Shown here in pieces: positions 62,233 through 64,000 of a DNA stretch of 64,000 nt. The notes beneath the pieces are model-generated. The model saw nothing but the letters and a program-made list of their open reading frames with translations, had not been told where the DNA came from and did not search any database. The first letter of the stretch is position 1, and every line of letters begins with the position of its first letter. Source of the stretch: Bacteroidales bacterium (GTDB lineage: Bacteria; Bacteroidota; Bacteroidia; Bacteroidales; GCA-2711565); NCBI GenBank assembly GCA_963674935.2, contig CAXXWZ010000007.1:1117500-1181499 (forward strand). Reading direction: 5' to 3'. The translations under genes and the position numbers were made by a program.

Positions 62233-63012
62233 ATGAAAAATTTAAAACTATTATGCGTCGCATTAATTGTAGTTTTTTCGACACAAATCAATGCGCAAAC
62301 AGTGGATGAAATTATTGCCAACTATTTCGAAAATACCGGAGGAATAGACCAATGGAATAAGGTGGAAGGTATAAAAATGAATACCAAAGTAAACCAGGGT
62401 GGAATGGAAATTCCTGTAGAAATGGTTCAGCTAAAAAATGGCAAACAAATGACTACCATTACCTTTCAGGGTAAAGAAATTAAACAAGGCGTTTTTAACG
62501 GAGAAGTTTTATGGAGCAGCAATTTTATGACCCAAAAAGCTGAAAAAGCCGACCAGGAAACCACTGATAACATGAAACTTCAAATGAACGATTTTCCTGA
62601 TCCATTTCTGAACTATAAAAAAAATGGATATGCTCTTGAGTTAATGGGTAAAGAAACCATTGATGGAACTGAGACTTTTAAAATGAAGCTTACCAAAACC
62701 CCTATCACTGTTGATGGAATTAAAGTAGATGATATCATATACTATTTCTTCGATGCCGAAAATTTTGTTCCTTTGGTGGCACACACTGAGATTAAATCAG
62801 GTCCGATGAAAGGTCAAATGTCTGAATCAAAAATGAGCGACTATGAAGAAGTTGACGGTCTGTTTCTGCCCCATTCATTAACACAAGGAATAAAAGGTCA
62901 GCCCGGTCAAACTATCACCATCGATAAAATTGAGCTAAATCCTCAAATTGATGAAAAGGAATTTGAATTTCCGGAAGAGGTTGCCGTAGAAGCAGATCCT
63001 GTCATAAAATAG
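62233..63012 (+). CDS. LolA-fold outer-membrane lipoprotein-sorting-like protein
   Basis: The signal MKNLKLLCVALIVVFSTQINAQ starts at the ATG at 62233. The GKETIDGTETFKMKLTK... pattern is typical of this ~260-aa Bacteroidota family. The upstream extension to 62176 is unlikely. Confidence 0.5.
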   Translation: MKNLKLLCVALIVVFSTQINAQTVDEIIANYFENTGGIDQWNKVEGIKMNTKVNQGGMEIPVEMVQLKNGKQMTTITFQGKEIKQGVFNGEVLWSSNFMTQKAEKADQETTDNMKLQMNDFPDPFLNYKKNGYALELMGKETIDGTETFKMKLTKTPITVDGIKVDDIIYYFFDAENFVPLVAHTEIKSGPMKGQMSESKMSDYEEVDGLFLPHSLTQGIKGQPGQTITIDKIELNPQIDEKEFEFPEEVAVEADPVIK

Positions 63013-63161
63013 TTTTCTAAAAGCCTCCATTCTATCAAAATTGGAGGTTTTCTTTTTTGAATCAAACCATAGTAAAATGAAACAAGTATGTTTGATAAAA
63101 ACAGCTTTTTTAAAAATCTTTCATGTAAGTTTCATCTAACCGCTAATTAAAACATATTTCG

Positions 63162-64000
63162 ATGAAAAAAATATATTATGCATTGATTTTTACTTTTGGT
63201 ATTTTACCATTGTTTATAAATGCCCAAACTCCCGAACCCATCAAAGCCAATGATTTATTTGGCGATTTAAATGCACGACATATCGGCCCTGCATTAATGA
63301 GTGGCAGAATCAACGATATGGAAGTTCACCCAACCAACCCACGGATTATTTATACCGGAACAGCAGGTGGTGGGGTTTGGAAATCGAATGATGCAGGCAC
63401 AACTTTCAATCCTATTTTTGATGATTATTGCCAGTCGATAGGTGCCGTAGCACTTGATCCGAACGATCCTGATAATGTAATTTATGTTGGTACGGGCGAA
63501 ACATGGCCACGTAATAGTGTTTCGATAGGCGATGGATTGTACAAGTCAAAAGATGGTGGAGCCAATTGGGAAAAAATAGGTTTTGAAAAATCAGAACGTA
63601 TCGGAAATATTATTGTGAATCCTAAAAACTCAAATGAGATTTATGTTGCCGTTTTAGGTGCACTTTGGTCAGATAGCGACGAAAGAGGTGTTTATAAAAC
63701 AACAGACGGCGGAGCTACCTGGGAAAAAGCACTCTATATCAATGAAAAAACAGGAGCTGCTGATTTAGCCATGGATCCAACAAATCCAAATATCCTTTAT
63801 GCTTCGATGTGGGAATTTAGACGTACTGCATGGTCATTTGAATCGGGAGGTGAGTATAGTGCCCTCTATAAATCAACAGATGCAGGTAAAACATGGAAAA
63901 AAATTCACAATGGATTCCCTGCGGGGAAATTAGGTCGACTGGCCATTGCTGTTGCACCTTCCAATCCAAAAGTCCTTTATACCATTATTGAAGCTGAAGA
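63162..64000 (+). CDS. Sortilin/VPS10-like BNR repeat protein, 5' part (paralogue of 42035-45292); continues beyond window end
   Basis: The ATG at 63162 gives MKKIYYALIFTFGILPLFINAQ... followed by RHIGPALMSGRINDMEVHP, SNDAGTTF, SKDGGANW, TTDGGATW and STDAGKTW. It is colinear with the N-terminus of the 1085-aa protein. It is not in the ORF track because it is open-ended. Confidence 0.75.
   Translation, partial: MKKIYYALIFTFGILPLFINAQTPEPIKANDLFGDLNARHIGPALMSGRINDMEVHPTNPRIIYTGTAGGGVWKSNDAGTTFNPIFDDYCQSIGAVALDPNDPDNVIYVGTGETWPRNSVSIGDGLYKSKDGGANWEKIGFEKSERIGNIIVNPKNSNEIYVAVLGALWSDSDERGVYKTTDGGATWEKALYINEKTGAADLAMDPTNPNILYASMWEFRRTAWSFESGGEYSALYKSTDAGKTWKKIHNGFPAGKLGRLAIAVAPSNPKVLYTIIEAE

Overview
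This is 64 kb of an AT-rich bacterial chromosome (about one-third GC by eye) with Bacteroidota hallmarks. These are a type IX secretion (T9SS) C-terminal sorting domain, DUF1573 and CarboxypepD_reg-type proteins, lipoprotein signal peptides and TAnnTTTG-type -7 boxes. I annotate about 46 protein-coding genes, two of them apparently frameshifted. I saw no rRNA, tRNA, CRISPR, transposase or prophage. The stand-out is a 15.6 kb seven-gene operon (23945-39534). In it a complete tripartite RND efflux set (TolC-like outer membrane factor, HlyD-like adaptor, two RND permeases) is bracketed by the two halves of an ABC-2-type transporter. The second RND permease is translationally fused, through six extra predicted TM helices, to an ABC ATPase domain (1571-aa ORF, 34090-38805). 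I know of no characterised RND-ABC fusion, so it needs read-level and comparative confirmation. The rest of the window holds: sulfur assimilation and envelope housekeeping genes (cysH, LolE-like, NamZ-like); an octaheme tetrathionate-reductase-family cytochrome operon with a divergent Crp/Fnr regulator; an 8.3 kb gene for a 2761-aa repetitive T9SS surface protein carrying an in-frame G10 tract; an anaerobic amino-acid/2-oxoacid fermentation cluster; a redox-stress neighbourhood; a GH47 mannosidase; and two sortilin/BNR-type paralogues. All family names come from motif recognition by eye. No database search or HMM was run.
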